Shown here: positions 17,686-28,096 of the stretch, in pieces
How the letters are laid out: each line of letters begins with the position of its first letter
Numbering within the stretch: the first letter of the stretch is position 1
DNA from: an uncultured Gemmatimonadaceae bacterium
Lineage (GTDB): Bacteria; Gemmatimonadota; Gemmatimonadetes; Gemmatimonadales; Gemmatimonadaceae
NCBI GenBank assembly: GCA_963761305.1
Contig: CAVXGK010000002.1
Span: 2,560,001 to 2,624,000 of the forward strand
Direction: 5' to 3'
Length of the DNA stretch: 64,000 nucleotides
The notes under the pieces: model-generated
Seen by the model: the letters and a program-made list of their open reading frames with translations, nothing else
The model's database searches: none
What the model was told of the DNA's origin: nothing
Translations under genes and position numbers: made by a program

Positions 17686-20600
17686 CGGCGGCGAGCTCCG
17701 TCGTGCGGAGCGCCGTCCAACGTTTGTTCAGCGACTCCGCGGCGCGATGCGCGTCGACCGCCGTGACGAGACCCTGGTCGGTCAATTCGGCGTCGGTGTC
17801 ATCGACGAGCGACATCGCGGCCTGCAGTTCACCGTTGGTCGAGGCGATGCTCGGCTGACCAGCCGCGCCTCGTCCACCGCGCCCGCGGCCTCCGCCACCT
17901 CCTCCGCCACGACGTCCGCCACCGCCTTGACCGGCGAGCTCGTTGAGCTTCTCGTCGTACGTCGTCAGCGTTGGCGCCAGCGACGCGTCGGCGCGGGCGC
18001 GGACGTCGGCAATCTTGGCGCGAAGGTCGCGAATCTTTGCCGTCGTCGCCGAATCGTCCGCGATGTCCTGCCACAGCGCGACGGCCAGCGTATGCTGGCG
18101 CGCGAGAATCGCCGGCGGCGTCTTCACGCGCGGATCCATGCGAATCGTGAGCGGCTGCGTCTGGCTTTTGTCGCCGACGGTGAGACGTACTCGGTACGTA
18201 CCGGCGATGGCGAGCGGTCCACGCGGTTCGCGCGGCGTGTCGAACGGAACAGCCGAGATCGGATACTGACCCGGCTGCGTGCTCGTTCCCGCGGGCGGGA
18301 AGTACCGCAGATCCCAGACGAAGCGATGAAAGCCAGGCGCGGCGGACAACACCTTCGTCGGACGAATCCAGTACGAGGGAGTATTGCCGAGGTCCGTCGG
18401 AGCCATCGAAGTGTCTCGGCTCGAGTAACGACGAATCACACGGCCGCCGCCCGCGTCGAGAATCTCGAGCGTGGCGTCGCCGCTCGTTCCCGCGCCGACG
18501 TAATAATCGATGATCGCGCCGTCGGGCGGATTCTGCGCGCCCGGTTCGTCGGGCGGAATCGGCGTGTCGGGGTACTTGGCCGATCGAAAACGAATCGCTG
18601 TCGCCGGCTTGAAGAGCGTGAGCGACGACGAGGACGCACTCGGCGCGATCTCACGCAGCGGCTCGACATCATCGAGAATCCAGAACGATCGCCCGTGCGT
18701 GCCGACGGCGATGTCGTCGTCCTTGACCACCAGGTCGCGAATCGACGTCGCCGGCATGTTGAGGCGGAGCGACGACCAGTGGTCGCCGTCGTCGAATGAC
18801 ACCCAGACCTGCGTCTCGGTTCCGGCGAACAGCAGGCCGCGCCGTTTGGAATCCTCGCGGACCACGTTCACCGTCGCGCCATCGGGAATTCCGTTCGTGA
18901 TCTGCGTCCACGTCTTGCCGCCGTCGTGCGTGCGGAAGATGTGCGGCCGCAAGTCGTCGAGGCGGATCGTGTTGACCGCCGCGTACGCCGTTCTCGCGTC
19001 GAAGCGCCCGGCGTCGATGATCGAGACTTTGCTCCACGGATGATCGCGCAACTCGGGCGGCGTGACGTCGGTCCAGTGCGCTCCGCCGTCGCTAGTCGTG
19101 TGAATCAGACCATCGTCGCTTCCCGCCCAGATGCGGTTGATGTCGACGTACGACGGCGCGACGGTGTACACCACCCCCGGATGTCGCGCGCGCGCCACCG
19201 CCGAGGTGGAGTACACGCCGACGCTCGGCGGCACGACCGAGTCGGTGCGGGTGAGATCCGGACTGATCGCCGCCCACGTCTTGCCGCCGTTGATCGTTTT
19301 CCAGACGACGTTCGACGCGAAGAACAGCGCGTGCGGATCCACGGTCGAGAAGACGAGCGGCGCCGTACGCAGCGTGCGATAGTCGGTCACGCCGCCGGGC
19401 GGCGGACCGCCGCCGCGCCCGATGCGCGGCCCGACTTCCTCGATCAAACCGGTGCGCCGATCGTAGCGCGTGACTTTTCCGCCGTAAACCAGATCCGGGT
19501 CGAGCGGATCCGGCGCGACGTAGCCGTACTCTTCGGTCCCGACCGGATGCCAGTCCCAGGCGAGAATCCGTCCGTCGTCGCCGCGGCTGCGCACGCACGC
19601 CGAGCCCGACTCCTGCTGGCCGCTGCACACGCGGTACGGAAACGCGTTGTCCGTCGCCACGTGATAGAACGCCGCCGTCGGTTGGTTGAGCCACGAGCTC
19701 CACGTCGCGCCGCCGTTGACGGTGACGATCGCACCCTGATCGCCCACCAGCAGGATGATGTTCGGATCGATCGGGTTGATCCACAGCCGTTGGTAGTCGT
19801 CGCCGCCCGGAGCGCCGCGAAGCGCCTTCCACGTCTTGCCGCCATCGGTCGACTTCCACGACACCACGCTCGCCGTGTACACGACTTCCGGATTCTTCGG
19901 ATCGACTTTCACTTCGGCGAAGTCCGACGCGCGGCTCGCTACACGATCGTCAGTCGTCGCGGGATGGAACGTTTCCCCGGCGTCGTCGGAGCGGTACAGA
20001 CCCGCGCCGCGGCGCGCATCGATCGTCGCGAACATGCGGCTCGGCATGCTCGGCGCGACGGTGATGCCGATGCGGCCCAGGCCATCCTGCTCGTACGTCG
20101 GCAGCCCGGAGCCGACACGCTTCCACGTCCCGCCGCCGTCGGTCGACTTGAAGAGGCCGCTGCCCGGCCCGGAGAACTGGCCGTTCTCCCACGGCCCCTG
20201 CCGCGCCTCCCACAGCACGGCGTAGACGACGTCCGGGTTTGCCGGATCGAGGACAACGTCCACCGCCCCGGTATTCTCGTCCTTGTATAGGACTTTCTGA
20301 AACGTGCGGCCGCCGTCGGTGGACTTGAACAGGCCGCGCTCGGCGTTCGGCCCGTACGGGTGGCCGAGCACGGCGACGAAAAGCTTGTCGGGATCGCGCG
20401 GGTCGACGGCGATCTGCGGGATCTGCTGCCCGTCGCGAAGGCCGAGGTGCGTCCACGTGGCGCCGGCGTCAGTCGACTTGTAGATGCCGTCGCCGACCGA
20501 AAGGTCGGGGCGCTGGAGTCCTTCGCCGCTGCCCACGTAGATGACGCTCGGATTCGACGGTGCGACGGCGATCGCGCCAATCGAGCCGGTCGTGGCCTCG

Positions 20601-20842
20601 TCGAAGATCGGATTCCACGTCCGACCGAAGTCGGTGGTCTTCCACACGCCGCCGTTCACGACACCGACGTAGAACACGTTCGGCTGATTCGGGATGCCGG
20701 CCGCCGCCTTCGTGCGGCTGGCGCGGAATGGGCCGACCATCCGCCAGCGCATCTCGGAGTACATCGACGGGTCGATGTGTTGCGCGGCGAGCACTATGGG
20801 GCAGCCGGCCAGCAAGACGAACGCCAAGCGCGAGAGACGCAC
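17633..20842 (-). CDS. Secreted BNR/Asp-box (VPS10/sortilin-like) repeat protein, about 1069 aa
   Basis: Many S/TxDGGxTW Asp-boxes and WRMVGPFR at the N-terminus. Start reassigned to GTG 20842 (VRLSRLAFVLL signal peptide). Confidence 0.88.
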   Translation of the reverse strand: MRLSRLAFVLLAGCPIVLAAQHIDPSMYSEMRWRMVGPFRASRTKAAAGIPNQPNVFYVGVVNGGVWKTTDFGRTWNPIFDEATTGSIGAIAVAPSNPSVIYVGSGEGLQRPDLSVGDGIYKSTDAGATWTHLGLRDGQQIPQIAVDPRDPDKLFVAVLGHPYGPNAERGLFKSTDGGRTFQKVLYKDENTGAVDVVLDPANPDVVYAVLWEARQGPWENGQFSGPGSGLFKSTDGGGTWKRVGSGLPTYEQDGLGRIGITVAPSMPSRMFATIDARRGAGLYRSDDAGETFHPATTDDRVASRASDFAEVKVDPKNPEVVYTASVVSWKSTDGGKTWKALRGAPGGDDYQRLWINPIDPNIILLVGDQGAIVTVNGGATWSSWLNQPTAAFYHVATDNAFPYRVCSGQQESGSACVRSRGDDGRILAWDWHPVGTEEYGYVAPDPLDPDLVYGGKVTRYDRRTGLIEEVGPRIGRGGGPPPGGVTDYRTLRTAPLVFSTVDPHALFFASNVVWKTINGGKTWAAISPDLTRTDSVVPPSVGVYSTSAVARARHPGVVYTVAPSYVDINRIWAGSDDGLIHTTSDGGAHWTDVTPPELRDHPWSKVSIIDAGRFDARTAYAAVNTIRLDDLRPHIFRTHDGGKTWTQITNGIPDGATVNVVREDSKRRGLLFAGTETQVWVSFDDGDHWSSLRLNMPATSIRDLVVKDDDIAVGTHGRSFWILDDVEPLREIAPSASSSSLTLFKPATAIRFRSAKYPDTPIPPDEPGAQNPPDGAIIDYYVGAGTSGDATLEILDAGGGRVIRRYSSRDTSMAPTDLGNTPSYWIRPTKVLSAAPGFHRFVWDLRYFPPAGTSTQPGQYPISAVPFDTPREPRGPLAIAGTYRVRLTVGDKSQTQPLTIRMDPRVKTPPAILARQHTLAVALWQDIADDSATTAKIRDLRAKIADVRARADASLAPTLTTYDEKLNELAGQGGGGRRGGGGGGGRGRGGRGAAGQPSIASTNGELQAAMSLVDDTDAELTDQGLVTAVDAHRAAESLNKRWTALRTTELAAVNAKLRAAGLPSLAVAP

Positions 20843-20937
20843 TGAGACCTGAGCGTGAGAAGGAAGGCCGCGCGCCGAAATGGCGCGCCGCGTCGGATTC
20901 TGGCACCGGAGGTTGGCGGCGGCAAGACATTTCCTCC

Positions 20938-21393
20938 ATGACCGAACTTCTGCTTTCCCTCGTCGGCCACATGCGTTGGGCCGATGCGATCGTCGCCGAG
21001 TCGCTGCAGCGCGACGCCGACTCCGAGGCGGCTCGCCTCTTTGCGCATATCGCGGCCGCCGAGCATCTCTGGTTCGCTCGGATCGAGTCACGAGCGCCGG
21101 ACTACCCCGTGTGGCCCGACGCAATGACTCCTTCACAGGCCGCCGCGGTCGCGGCGGAGCACGCGGATTTGTACGAGCGGCTCGTGCGCGCCGCGAGCAC
21201 GAGCGAGCTGGCGCGCATGGTGGCGTATCGCAACAGCGCGGGGCGCGACTTCCAGAGCCGCGTATCCGACATCGTCACGCACGTCGCGATGCACGGCAGC
21301 TACCACCGCGGTCAGATCGCGCGTCAGCTGCGCGCGGCGGGACGCCAGCCGCCATACACGGATTTCATTCAGTACACCCGGCGGGACCAGTAG
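20938..21393 (+). CDS. DinB/YfiT family protein
   Basis: HI.AAE.LW..RI and HVAMHGSYHRGQIA motifs. Confidence 0.9.
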   Translation: MTELLLSLVGHMRWADAIVAESLQRDADSEAARLFAHIAAAEHLWFARIESRAPDYPVWPDAMTPSQAAAVAAEHADLYERLVRAASTSELARMVAYRNSAGRDFQSRVSDIVTHVAMHGSYHRGQIARQLRAAGRQPPYTDFIQYTRRDQ

Positions 21394-21550
21394 GCGGGCT
21401 GGATGATCTGCGCAGCCCAGGTCTCAGTGGACGGACGCGTGCGCCCTTCGGCGAATGTCGCCGCCTGGCGTCCGCTGCGGCATTGATCCTGCCCTTTTCG
21501 GAGCGACCGGTTCGCGGTACGCGCGAGACCGGTAGAAAGGGAGAAAGGGT

Positions 21551-21955
21551 ATGCAAAGAACGCGAATGCGACGCGCGCGCTCGTTGCTCGTCGTCGCGCT
21601 CGGCGTCGGATGTGCGCGATATCACGAAACATCGGCCGGCGGTGAAGTCACCAAACCCGGCGACCTAGATGCCACGGTAGTGCTGCACGTCCAGAACCTG
21701 GGCATGAGAAGCGTCGAGCTGCGGGCGATTCAGGACGGACGCTCGAGATTCATCGCTTCGGTCGGCGCTCAGGACACGACGAGCATTCAGCTCGATCCGC
21801 TCCTCTTCCCGACGGCGAGCCTGTTCATCGCGGCGTACGCGCAGGCGGGCGGACAACGCATCGTGGTCGGGCCGCTGGCCGCGGGCAAAGGCGACCAGAT
21901 CGACTTCACGGTTCAAGAAGGTCTGGTGGGGAGTCAAGCGAACGTTCATCGGTAA
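21551..21955 (+). CDS. Hypothetical lipoprotein (start may be ATG 21566)
   Basis: Basic N-terminus, [10 protein letters not shown] lipobox, beta-rich mature domain. Confidence 0.7.
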   Translation: MQRTRMRRARSLLVVALGVGCARYHETSAGGEVTKPGDLDATVVLHVQNLGMRSVELRAIQDGRSRFIASVGAQDTTSIQLDPLLFPTASLFIAAYAQAGGQRIVVGPLAAGKGDQIDFTVQEGLVGSQANVHR

Positions 21956-23210
21956 CGACGGCTGTCAGCTCGGCCAATCGTTTCTCGATGAATCGGCGCT
22001 CCGGTTCGAGCGTCGCGAGCGCCAGCGCCTTGCGATAGTCACGCGCCGCAGCGTCGAGCTTTCCCACGCGACGGCGCAGATCCGCCCGAACGGCGTAGAG
22101 CAGGTGATACTCGCGCAGCTCGCCCCGCGCGTGAATCGCGTCGACGAGCAGGAGCGCCGCCGACGGTCCGTCGACCATGGCGACGGCCACGGCGTGATTG
22201 AGCTCGACCACCGCGCTCGACGTCTGCGACAGGAGCAGCGCGTACAGGCCGGCGATCTGCCGCCAATCCGTCTCGGCGGGTGACGACGCCCGCGCGTGCA
22301 GCGCCGCGATCGCCGCTTGAATGGCGTACGGCCCGGCACGCCCGCGCCTGAGCGTCTTCTCCACGAGCACCAGCCCTTCGTCGATCTGCCGACGATTCCA
22401 TCGCGACCGATCCTGCTGCTCGAGCAACACGAGCTCACCGTCGGGCGAGCTTCGCGCCTCTCGACGCGCGTCGTGCAGAAGCATCAGCGCCAGAAGCGCC
22501 GACGCCTCGCGCTCGTCGGGCATCAGCGCCACCAGCACACGCGCCAGCCGAATCGCTTCCGCGCACAGCTCGCGACGCACGAGCGCGTCGCCCGCCGTCG
22601 CGGCGTAGCCTTCGGTGAAGACGAGGTAGATCACCGACAGCACCGATTCCACCCGATCGGGAAGCTCGCGAGCCGGCGGCACGCGGTACGGAATGCGCGC
22701 GTGGCGGATCTTCGCCGTCGCACGGACCAATCGCTGCGCCATGGTCGGCGGTTGGACGAGAAACGCGCGGGCGATTTCGTCCGTCGTGATGCCGCACACC
22801 GTGCGCAGTGTGAGCGCGACCTGCGCCTCGCGCGCCAGCGCCGGGTGACAGCAGGTGAACATCAGCCGCAGGTAGTCGTCGTCGACCTCGTGGTCGTCGC
22901 CGCCGGAATCAGCGTCGAGCTCGGTCTCCGACATGGACGCCGCGAGTTGGGGAGCGCGTTCGGCGAAGCGCGCGTCCCTGCGCATGCGATCGATCGCGCG
23001 ATGGCGCCCCGCGCTCACGAGCCACGCGCGTGGATTCTCGGGCCAGCCCATTGCGGGCCACTGCTCCACCGCCGCCGCAAACGCGTCCTGCGTCGCCTCC
23101 TCGGCGGTGTCGAAATCGCCGAGGAGGCGGATGAGCGTGGCGCGCACGCGCCCGGATTCGTCGCGATAGAGCGTCGCGATTCGGTCGTGGGCCGGCGCGG
23201 TAGCGGTCAC
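21906..23210 (-). CDS. ECF42-type sigma factor with C-terminal TPR extension (DUF6596)
   Basis: [41 protein letters not shown] and VVELN.AVA motifs; GTG start overlaps the DGPF gene stop. Confidence 0.9.
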   Translation of the reverse strand: MTATAPAHDRIATLYRDESGRVRATLIRLLGDFDTAEEATQDAFAAAVEQWPAMGWPENPRAWLVSAGRHRAIDRMRRDARFAERAPQLAASMSETELDADSGGDDHEVDDDYLRLMFTCCHPALAREAQVALTLRTVCGITTDEIARAFLVQPPTMAQRLVRATAKIRHARIPYRVPPARELPDRVESVLSVIYLVFTEGYAATAGDALVRRELCAEAIRLARVLVALMPDEREASALLALMLLHDARREARSSPDGELVLLEQQDRSRWNRRQIDEGLVLVEKTLRRGRAGPYAIQAAIAALHARASSPAETDWRQIAGLYALLLSQTSSAVVELNHAVAVAMVDGPSAALLLVDAIHARGELREYHLLYAVRADLRRRVGKLDAAARDYRKALALATLEPERRFIEKRLAELTAVVTDERSLDSPPDLLEP

Positions 23211-23569
23211 GCAGGAACTGGGGCCGTCATTTCCTGAATCGGACGCACCTCGATGGCGCCGGTGCGCGCTCCGGGGATGCGCTCGGCGAGCGAGATCGCC
23301 GCGTCGAGATCCGGCGCGTCGACCAGATAGTAGCCGGCGAGCTGCTCGCGCGTCTCGGCGAACGGTCCGTCGGTCGTCTGGCGTTTGCCGTTGCGCACGC
23401 GGACCGTGGTGGCCGTCTTCGTCGATTGCAGACCGTGCCCGCCCTTGTAGTTGCCGCTGGCGACGATGGTCTCCGTGTAGTCGCGGTACTCCTTCGACAT
23501 CTCCCGCACCGCCCCGTCGGACATGACTCGATCTGATTCGTTCTGGTAGATGAGCAAGAGGTACTGCAT
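23207..23569 (-). CDS. YciI/DGPF domain protein
   Basis: [24 protein letters not shown] and IEVRP motifs. Confidence 0.93.
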   Translation of the reverse strand: MQYLLLIYQNESDRVMSDGAVREMSKEYRDYTETIVASGNYKGGHGLQSTKTATTVRVRNGKRQTTDGPFAETREQLAGYYLVDAPDLDAAISLAERIPGARTGAIEVRPIQEMTAPVPA

Positions 23570-23619
23570 CGGGCCTTCTCCTGTTGAAGTGAGTTGTCGT
23601 TCGCTGCACCCGACAACTG

Positions 23620-23646
23620 GTCGAACGAGGCGGCGCGGAATCGACA
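23620..23646 (-). promoter_or_regulatory. ECF42 autoregulatory promoter TGTCGA-N17-CGAC
   Basis: Matches the ECF42 consensus (-35 TGTCGA, -10 CGAC/CGTC) upstream of the DGPF-sigma operon; AGGAG ribosome-binding site at 23578-23582. Confidence 0.75.
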
Positions 23647-23784
23647 GAGCACCCGAACGCGTTGGGCCGGCATACGTTACGGCGCCGATTTGACCGGCGC
23701 GACCGAACGCGGGTTATAGGGGTAGAAGCGGCCGCGATCCACTCGTAGCTTTTGCCGAGTCGGCTCCCTCACCAGTCCACGTCT

Positions 23785-25215
23785 ATGAAGCATCTTTCTG
23801 TTGTGCTCGCCATTGTCGCGGCGACGCCCGCCATACTCTCTGCGCAGGCTACCCCGCCGGCGGCCGGTTTTGCCAAAGTCCAAGGCTTCGTCATCGACAG
23901 CGTCCATAATGGGCCGCTGTCGAACGCGGTGGTGCTCGTTGAGGGCGCATCGCGCCAAACGATGACCGACGCGGACGGTCGCTTCGAGCTCGACAGCATC
24001 CCGCCGGGCCAACACCGCGTCCAGGTGCTGTCCGCGGTTCTCGACACGCTCGGTCTCTCGATGCGCACGCCGCCGCACACGTTCACGGTGGACAAGACGG
24101 ACGAGCTCGACCTCAGCATTCCCAGCCCGAACCGCATCGCCAACGCGATTTGCTCGTCGGCCCAGCGCAACCTCGGACCGGCCGTGATGGTCGGCTTCGT
24201 CCGAGACCCGGACACCAAAGAGCCGGCGATGGGCTCGAAGGTGCAGCTCGTGTTCTACGTCGCGGACTTGATCGGGCGAAAGCAATTGCGCACGCGCGAG
24301 GCCACCGTCGATTCCTCCGGCTTGTACAAGATCTGCGGATTGCCCGGCGACATGACCGGCAAGGTGCAGGTGTTCCGCAATGGCGTGAGCTCGGGTGAGG
24401 TTCCCGCCGAGGTGACCAACGGGTTTCTGGCGCTGCGCGGCTTCAGCATCGTCGGAAAACACGAGGCGATGGTCGCCATGCAGGGAGACAGCGGGAAGAC
24501 CAAGATGGTCGCCCGGGGCAGCGCCCGCGTGACGGGCCGCGTGCTGGACAAGAAAGGACAACCGCTGCGTGACGCCCGCGTCATGCTCCAGGGCGGCGGC
24601 GACGTGGCGCTGACGAAAGCGAACGGAACGTTCGCGCTCGACAGCCTGCCGTCTGGGACGCAGGCACTCCAGATTCGCAAGCTCGGATACACCGTGACCG
24701 AGATACCGGTCGAGCTGTCGGCGAACGCGCCCGCCGTGGCGAACGTGACGATGAGCGACGCCGTGCCGCTGTTGGCGACCATGCGCGTCGAGGCGACGAA
24801 GGACAAAGGACTGTCGAAGGTCGGCTATCTGGAACGCAAGCAGACGGGCATGGGCTACTTCATGGACGGCGACCAGATCAATCACGAAGCGCTCTCGTTC
24901 GCCGACGTCATGCGCGTCGCCCCCGGGTTGAAGGTCGTTCCGTTGGGAGACGGCCGCACGTACGTCATCACGGATTCGCGCAATCCGGCCGGCAACGGCT
25001 GCGTGAACTTCTATGTCGACGGAACGCGGTGGACGGAGATGTCGCCGGGCGACGTGAGCACCTTCGTCAACCCCAGCGAACTGGTTGCGGTGGAGATCTA
25101 TCACGGGTCTGAGACGCCGGCGCAGTACACCGCGCCCGGCATGTCGAGCTGCGCGACGGTGGTCGCGTGGACGGTCGCCCGCGTCGGAACCCCGACGAAC
25201 AGCAAGAATCCCTGA
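23785..25215 (+). CDS. Secreted protein with carboxypeptidase-regulatory-like domains and a TonB-receptor plug-like domain, no barrel
   Basis: VQGFVIDS...TDADGRFEL and VTGRVLDKKGQPL...GTFALDSL domains; C-terminal YVDG...VEIYHG...CATVVAWT. Confidence 0.8.
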   Translation: MKHLSVVLAIVAATPAILSAQATPPAAGFAKVQGFVIDSVHNGPLSNAVVLVEGASRQTMTDADGRFELDSIPPGQHRVQVLSAVLDTLGLSMRTPPHTFTVDKTDELDLSIPSPNRIANAICSSAQRNLGPAVMVGFVRDPDTKEPAMGSKVQLVFYVADLIGRKQLRTREATVDSSGLYKICGLPGDMTGKVQVFRNGVSSGEVPAEVTNGFLALRGFSIVGKHEAMVAMQGDSGKTKMVARGSARVTGRVLDKKGQPLRDARVMLQGGGDVALTKANGTFALDSLPSGTQALQIRKLGYTVTEIPVELSANAPAVANVTMSDAVPLLATMRVEATKDKGLSKVGYLERKQTGMGYFMDGDQINHEALSFADVMRVAPGLKVVPLGDGRTYVITDSRNPAGNGCVNFYVDGTRWTEMSPGDVSTFVNPSELVAVEIYHGSETPAQYTAPGMSSCATVVAWTVARVGTPTNSKNP

Positions 25216-25239
25216 CGTGACCGAACGGAACCGCCGCAC

Positions 25240-25449
25240 GTGAGCTCTCGCGTCCGCGTCTTCGCCCACAGCGAGATCGCGACCGAGTGCGACGCGTGCG
25301 GCGTGCGGTTTCACATCACGTCGGGCGGCGCGTGCGTGAAGTGCCGGCGCGTCTTCTGCGCGCGACATCTCTACGGGTCGTGGCTCCGGCGGCTCGCGGT
25401 GGATCTCGGCGCGGCCTCCGTGTGCGTCGCCTGCCGCCACGCGGCGTGA
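25240..25449 (+). CDS. Small Cys/His-rich putative zinc-finger protein, 69 aa
   Basis: CDAC, CVKC, CARH and CVAC motifs; GTGA overlap with the next gene. Confidence 0.6.
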   Translation: MSSRVRVFAHSEIATECDACGVRFHITSGGACVKCRRVFCARHLYGSWLRRLAVDLGAASVCVACRHAA

Positions 25450-25898
25450 CGAATTTCGAGCCGCAGGATCCCGACTTCGAGCGGCGAGTTCGCGAGAGCT
25501 TCGGGCGGCAGCGGTTCATGACCACGATCGGCGCGCGGCTCGCGCGGGTCGCGCCGGGTGGAGTGGACATCGAGCTCGCGGTGCGCGACGACCTCTTGCA
25601 GCAGCACGGATTCCTGCACGCCGGCGCGCTCGCTACCGTCGCCGACAGTGCGTGCGGCTACGCGGCCCTCTCGCTCATGCCGGCAGGGGCCGCTGTGTTG
25701 AGCATCGAATTCAAGATCAACATGCTCGCGCCGGCCAAGGGCGACCGCGTGGTGGCGCACGGCAGCGTGCTTCGCGCGGGCAGAAACATTACCGTGTGCC
25801 GCGGCGACGTCGTCGCGCATTCCGGGGAAGGCACGCGCCTCGTCGCGACGATGGTCGGTACGATGATGACCGTGCGCGACCGCGGTCTCTCCGACTGA
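25446..25898 (+). CDS. PaaI family thioesterase
   Basis: QQHGFLHAG...ADSACGYAA and EFKINML.PA motifs. Confidence 0.92.
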   Translation: MTNFEPQDPDFERRVRESFGRQRFMTTIGARLARVAPGGVDIELAVRDDLLQQHGFLHAGALATVADSACGYAALSLMPAGAAVLSIEFKINMLAPAKGDRVVAHGSVLRAGRNITVCRGDVVAHSGEGTRLVATMVGTMMTVRDRGLSD

Positions 25899-25907
25899 CT
25901 CGCCGCG

Positions 25908-26861
25908 TCAGGCGAGCAGCGTGCGCAGCTTGTCGATCGCGATGTTGCCGCCGCTGACGACGGCGGCGATGCGCTCGCCGTCGCGAAACGGCACCGCGCG
26001 AGACAACACGGCAGCCGTCGCGGCGGCGCCCGCGGGTTCGGCGAGGAGCTTGGCGCTCAACAGCAATTCGCCGAGCGCGCTCTGGATCACGTCGTCGTCG
26101 ATCAACACGACGTCGTCCACGTAGCGGCGGATGATCTCGTAGTTCACCTGCCCCGTCATCGGCGCGGCGAGGCCGTCGGCGATGGTGTTCACCGACTCGA
26201 GCGTCACGGCGCGCCCCGCGTCGAGGCTGAGGCGCGTCGACGGCGCGCCGCGCGGCTCGACGCCGAACACGCGGATGCCCGGATTCATCTCCTTGATCGC
26301 GACCGCCATTCCGGAGATCAAGCCGCCGCCGCCAATCGGAATCACGACCGCGTCGAGCTCTTCGGCCTGCTCGATGAGCTCCATGCCCGTCGTCCCGGCG
26401 CCGGCACACACGACCTCGTCGTCGAACGGGTGGACGAAGACGAGGTTGCGTTCCTTCTCCAGCTCCCGCGCGCGTTCGATCGCCTGAATGCTCGTCGCGC
26501 CGTGCAGGACGACCTCCGCGCCGTAGCCGCGGCTGGCGTCGATCTTGGCCGGCGACGCCGCTTCGGGCATCACGACCACCGCGTGAATGCCCGCCGAGTG
26601 GGCTCCCCATGCGAGCGCCTGGGCGTGATTCCCCGCCGAGACGGTGACGACGCCGCGCGTGCGCTCCGACGCGCTGAGCCGGCTCAGCTTGTTGAGCACA
26701 CCGCGGACTTTGAACGAACCGGTCTTTTGCAGATTCTCGCATTTGAGAACCAGTCGGACGCCGACGCGCGCGCCGATGCGGCTTGCCGACATCGTCGGAG
26801 TGACGTGGACGCGGCCGGCAATGCGTTGGCGAGCGTCGCGGATCTCATTCAGACCGATCAT
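25908..26861 (-). CDS. PLP-dependent threonine/serine dehydratase
   Basis: KCENLQKTGSFKVRG, SAGNHAQ, PIGGGGL and EPAGA motifs; start reassigned to ATG 26861. Confidence 0.92.
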   Translation of the reverse strand: MIGLNEIRDARQRIAGRVHVTPTMSASRIGARVGVRLVLKCENLQKTGSFKVRGVLNKLSRLSASERTRGVVTVSAGNHAQALAWGAHSAGIHAVVVMPEAASPAKIDASRGYGAEVVLHGATSIQAIERARELEKERNLVFVHPFDDEVVCAGAGTTGMELIEQAEELDAVVIPIGGGGLISGMAVAIKEMNPGIRVFGVEPRGAPSTRLSLDAGRAVTLESVNTIADGLAAPMTGQVNYEIIRRYVDDVVLIDDDVIQSALGELLLSAKLLAEPAGAAATAAVLSRAVPFRDGERIAAVVSGGNIAIDKLRTLLA

Positions 26862-26931
26862 CGCTGAAATATGAGACTCACACGGTCGGCCAACCACCCG
26901 CGACGAGTTGGACCGCAGGTTACATTGGCGC

Positions 26932-27996
26932 GTGCTCAAGCGACACGACTCCGTCGTCATTTTCGCCACGGTCGTGGCCATCGTCGCAACGGCGAGCTTC
27001 CGCATCGTCGGCGCGAACGACGTGCTCCGGTTCATCGCGGCCGCCGCCGCGCTGTCGCTGCTCGCCGTCAACGTATCGCGCGGCACGGAACAGCTTGGCG
27101 CGCACCTCGGTCCGGCGGGCACGGGAATTCTCCAGGCGGCCCTTGGGAATCTGCCCGAGCTCCTCGTCTGCATTTTCGCTCTGCGCGCGGGACTGGTGTC
27201 CGTGGTGCAGGGTGCGCTGATCGGGTCGATCCTCGCGAACTCGCTTCTCGTACTGGGGCTCGCGATTTTCGTCGGCGGCCTCAAACACGGCCGCATGCAC
27301 TACGACGCCGAGTCGCCGCGCCTCATCGTCTCGCTGATGATGCTCGCCGTCGCGGCGTTGACGATTCCGACGCTGGCCTCGGAGCTCCACACGCCGGCCG
27401 CGGGCCACGAACGGTCGCTCAGCGTCGCGTGTTCCGTCCTGCTCCTCGTCGTATTCGTGGCGAGCCTGCCCTTCTCGCTCGGCTCCGACCCCGAGCGCTC
27501 CGCGCGGCGCGTCGACCGCGGATCGCCGGTCGCCGAGTGGTCGCCCACTCTCGCCATCGTGGTTCTCGCCTGCGCCTCGATCGGCGCCGCGGTGGTGTCC
27601 GAGTGGTTCGTCGAAGCGCTCGAGCCGGCGATCAACGCATTGCACATCTCTCAAGCGTTCGCCGGCATCGTCGTGGTGGCGATCGCGGGCAACGCCGTGG
27701 AGAACGTCGCCGGCGTTCGACTCGCCTCGAAGAACCGCCCCGACTACGCAATGAGCGTCATCCTCAACAGCTCTCTGCTCATCGCGCTCGTCGTGATCCC
27801 CGTTCTGGTGCTGTTCTCGTTCGCGTTCGGCGGCGGCGGGTTGACGCTCGTGCTACCGCCCCTCCTCATCGCCGCGCTGCTGCTCACGACGCTCACCTCG
27901 GCGCTCATCGTCTACGACGGTGAGGCGACGTGGATCGAAGGAGTCGCGCTCATGGGCTTGTACGGCATTTTCGCCGCCGCATTTTGGTGGGGATGA
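26932..27996 (+). CDS. Ca2+/H+ antiporter (CaCA/CAX family)
   Basis: Alpha repeats GNLPE...GSILANSLLVLG and GNAVEN; about ten TM segments. Alternative start is TTG 26908. Confidence 0.9.
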   Translation: MLKRHDSVVIFATVVAIVATASFRIVGANDVLRFIAAAAALSLLAVNVSRGTEQLGAHLGPAGTGILQAALGNLPELLVCIFALRAGLVSVVQGALIGSILANSLLVLGLAIFVGGLKHGRMHYDAESPRLIVSLMMLAVAALTIPTLASELHTPAAGHERSLSVACSVLLLVVFVASLPFSLGSDPERSARRVDRGSPVAEWSPTLAIVVLACASIGAAVVSEWFVEALEPAINALHISQAFAGIVVVAIAGNAVENVAGVRLASKNRPDYAMSVILNSSLLIALVVIPVLVLFSFAFGGGGLTLVLPPLLIAALLLTTLTSALIVYDGEATWIEGVALMGLYGIFAAAFWWG

Positions 27997-28003
27997 GCAC
28001 CGT

Positions 28004-28091
28004 GTCCACCCGTCCACCCGTCCACCCGTCCACCCGTCCACCCGTCCACCCGTCCACCCGTCCACCCGTCCACCCGTCCACCCGTCCCCCC
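28004..28091. repeat. Intergenic tandem repeat (GTCCACCC)10 plus one degenerate copy
   Basis: Ten perfect 8-mers at 28004-28083, then GTCCCCCC. Confidence 0.98.
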
Positions 28092-28096
28092 GACTC

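Noticed and set aside
17633..21955. About 50 nt convergent 3' overlaps (17633-17685 and 21906-21955)
   Set aside because: Common in GC-rich genomes where stop codons are scarce. No sign of a specific function.
27920..28096. N-terminal (VHPSTRPP)n extension of the BNR protein in the ORF track
   Set aside because: It is just the translation of the intergenic 8-mer array. The signal peptide starts at ATG 28097.
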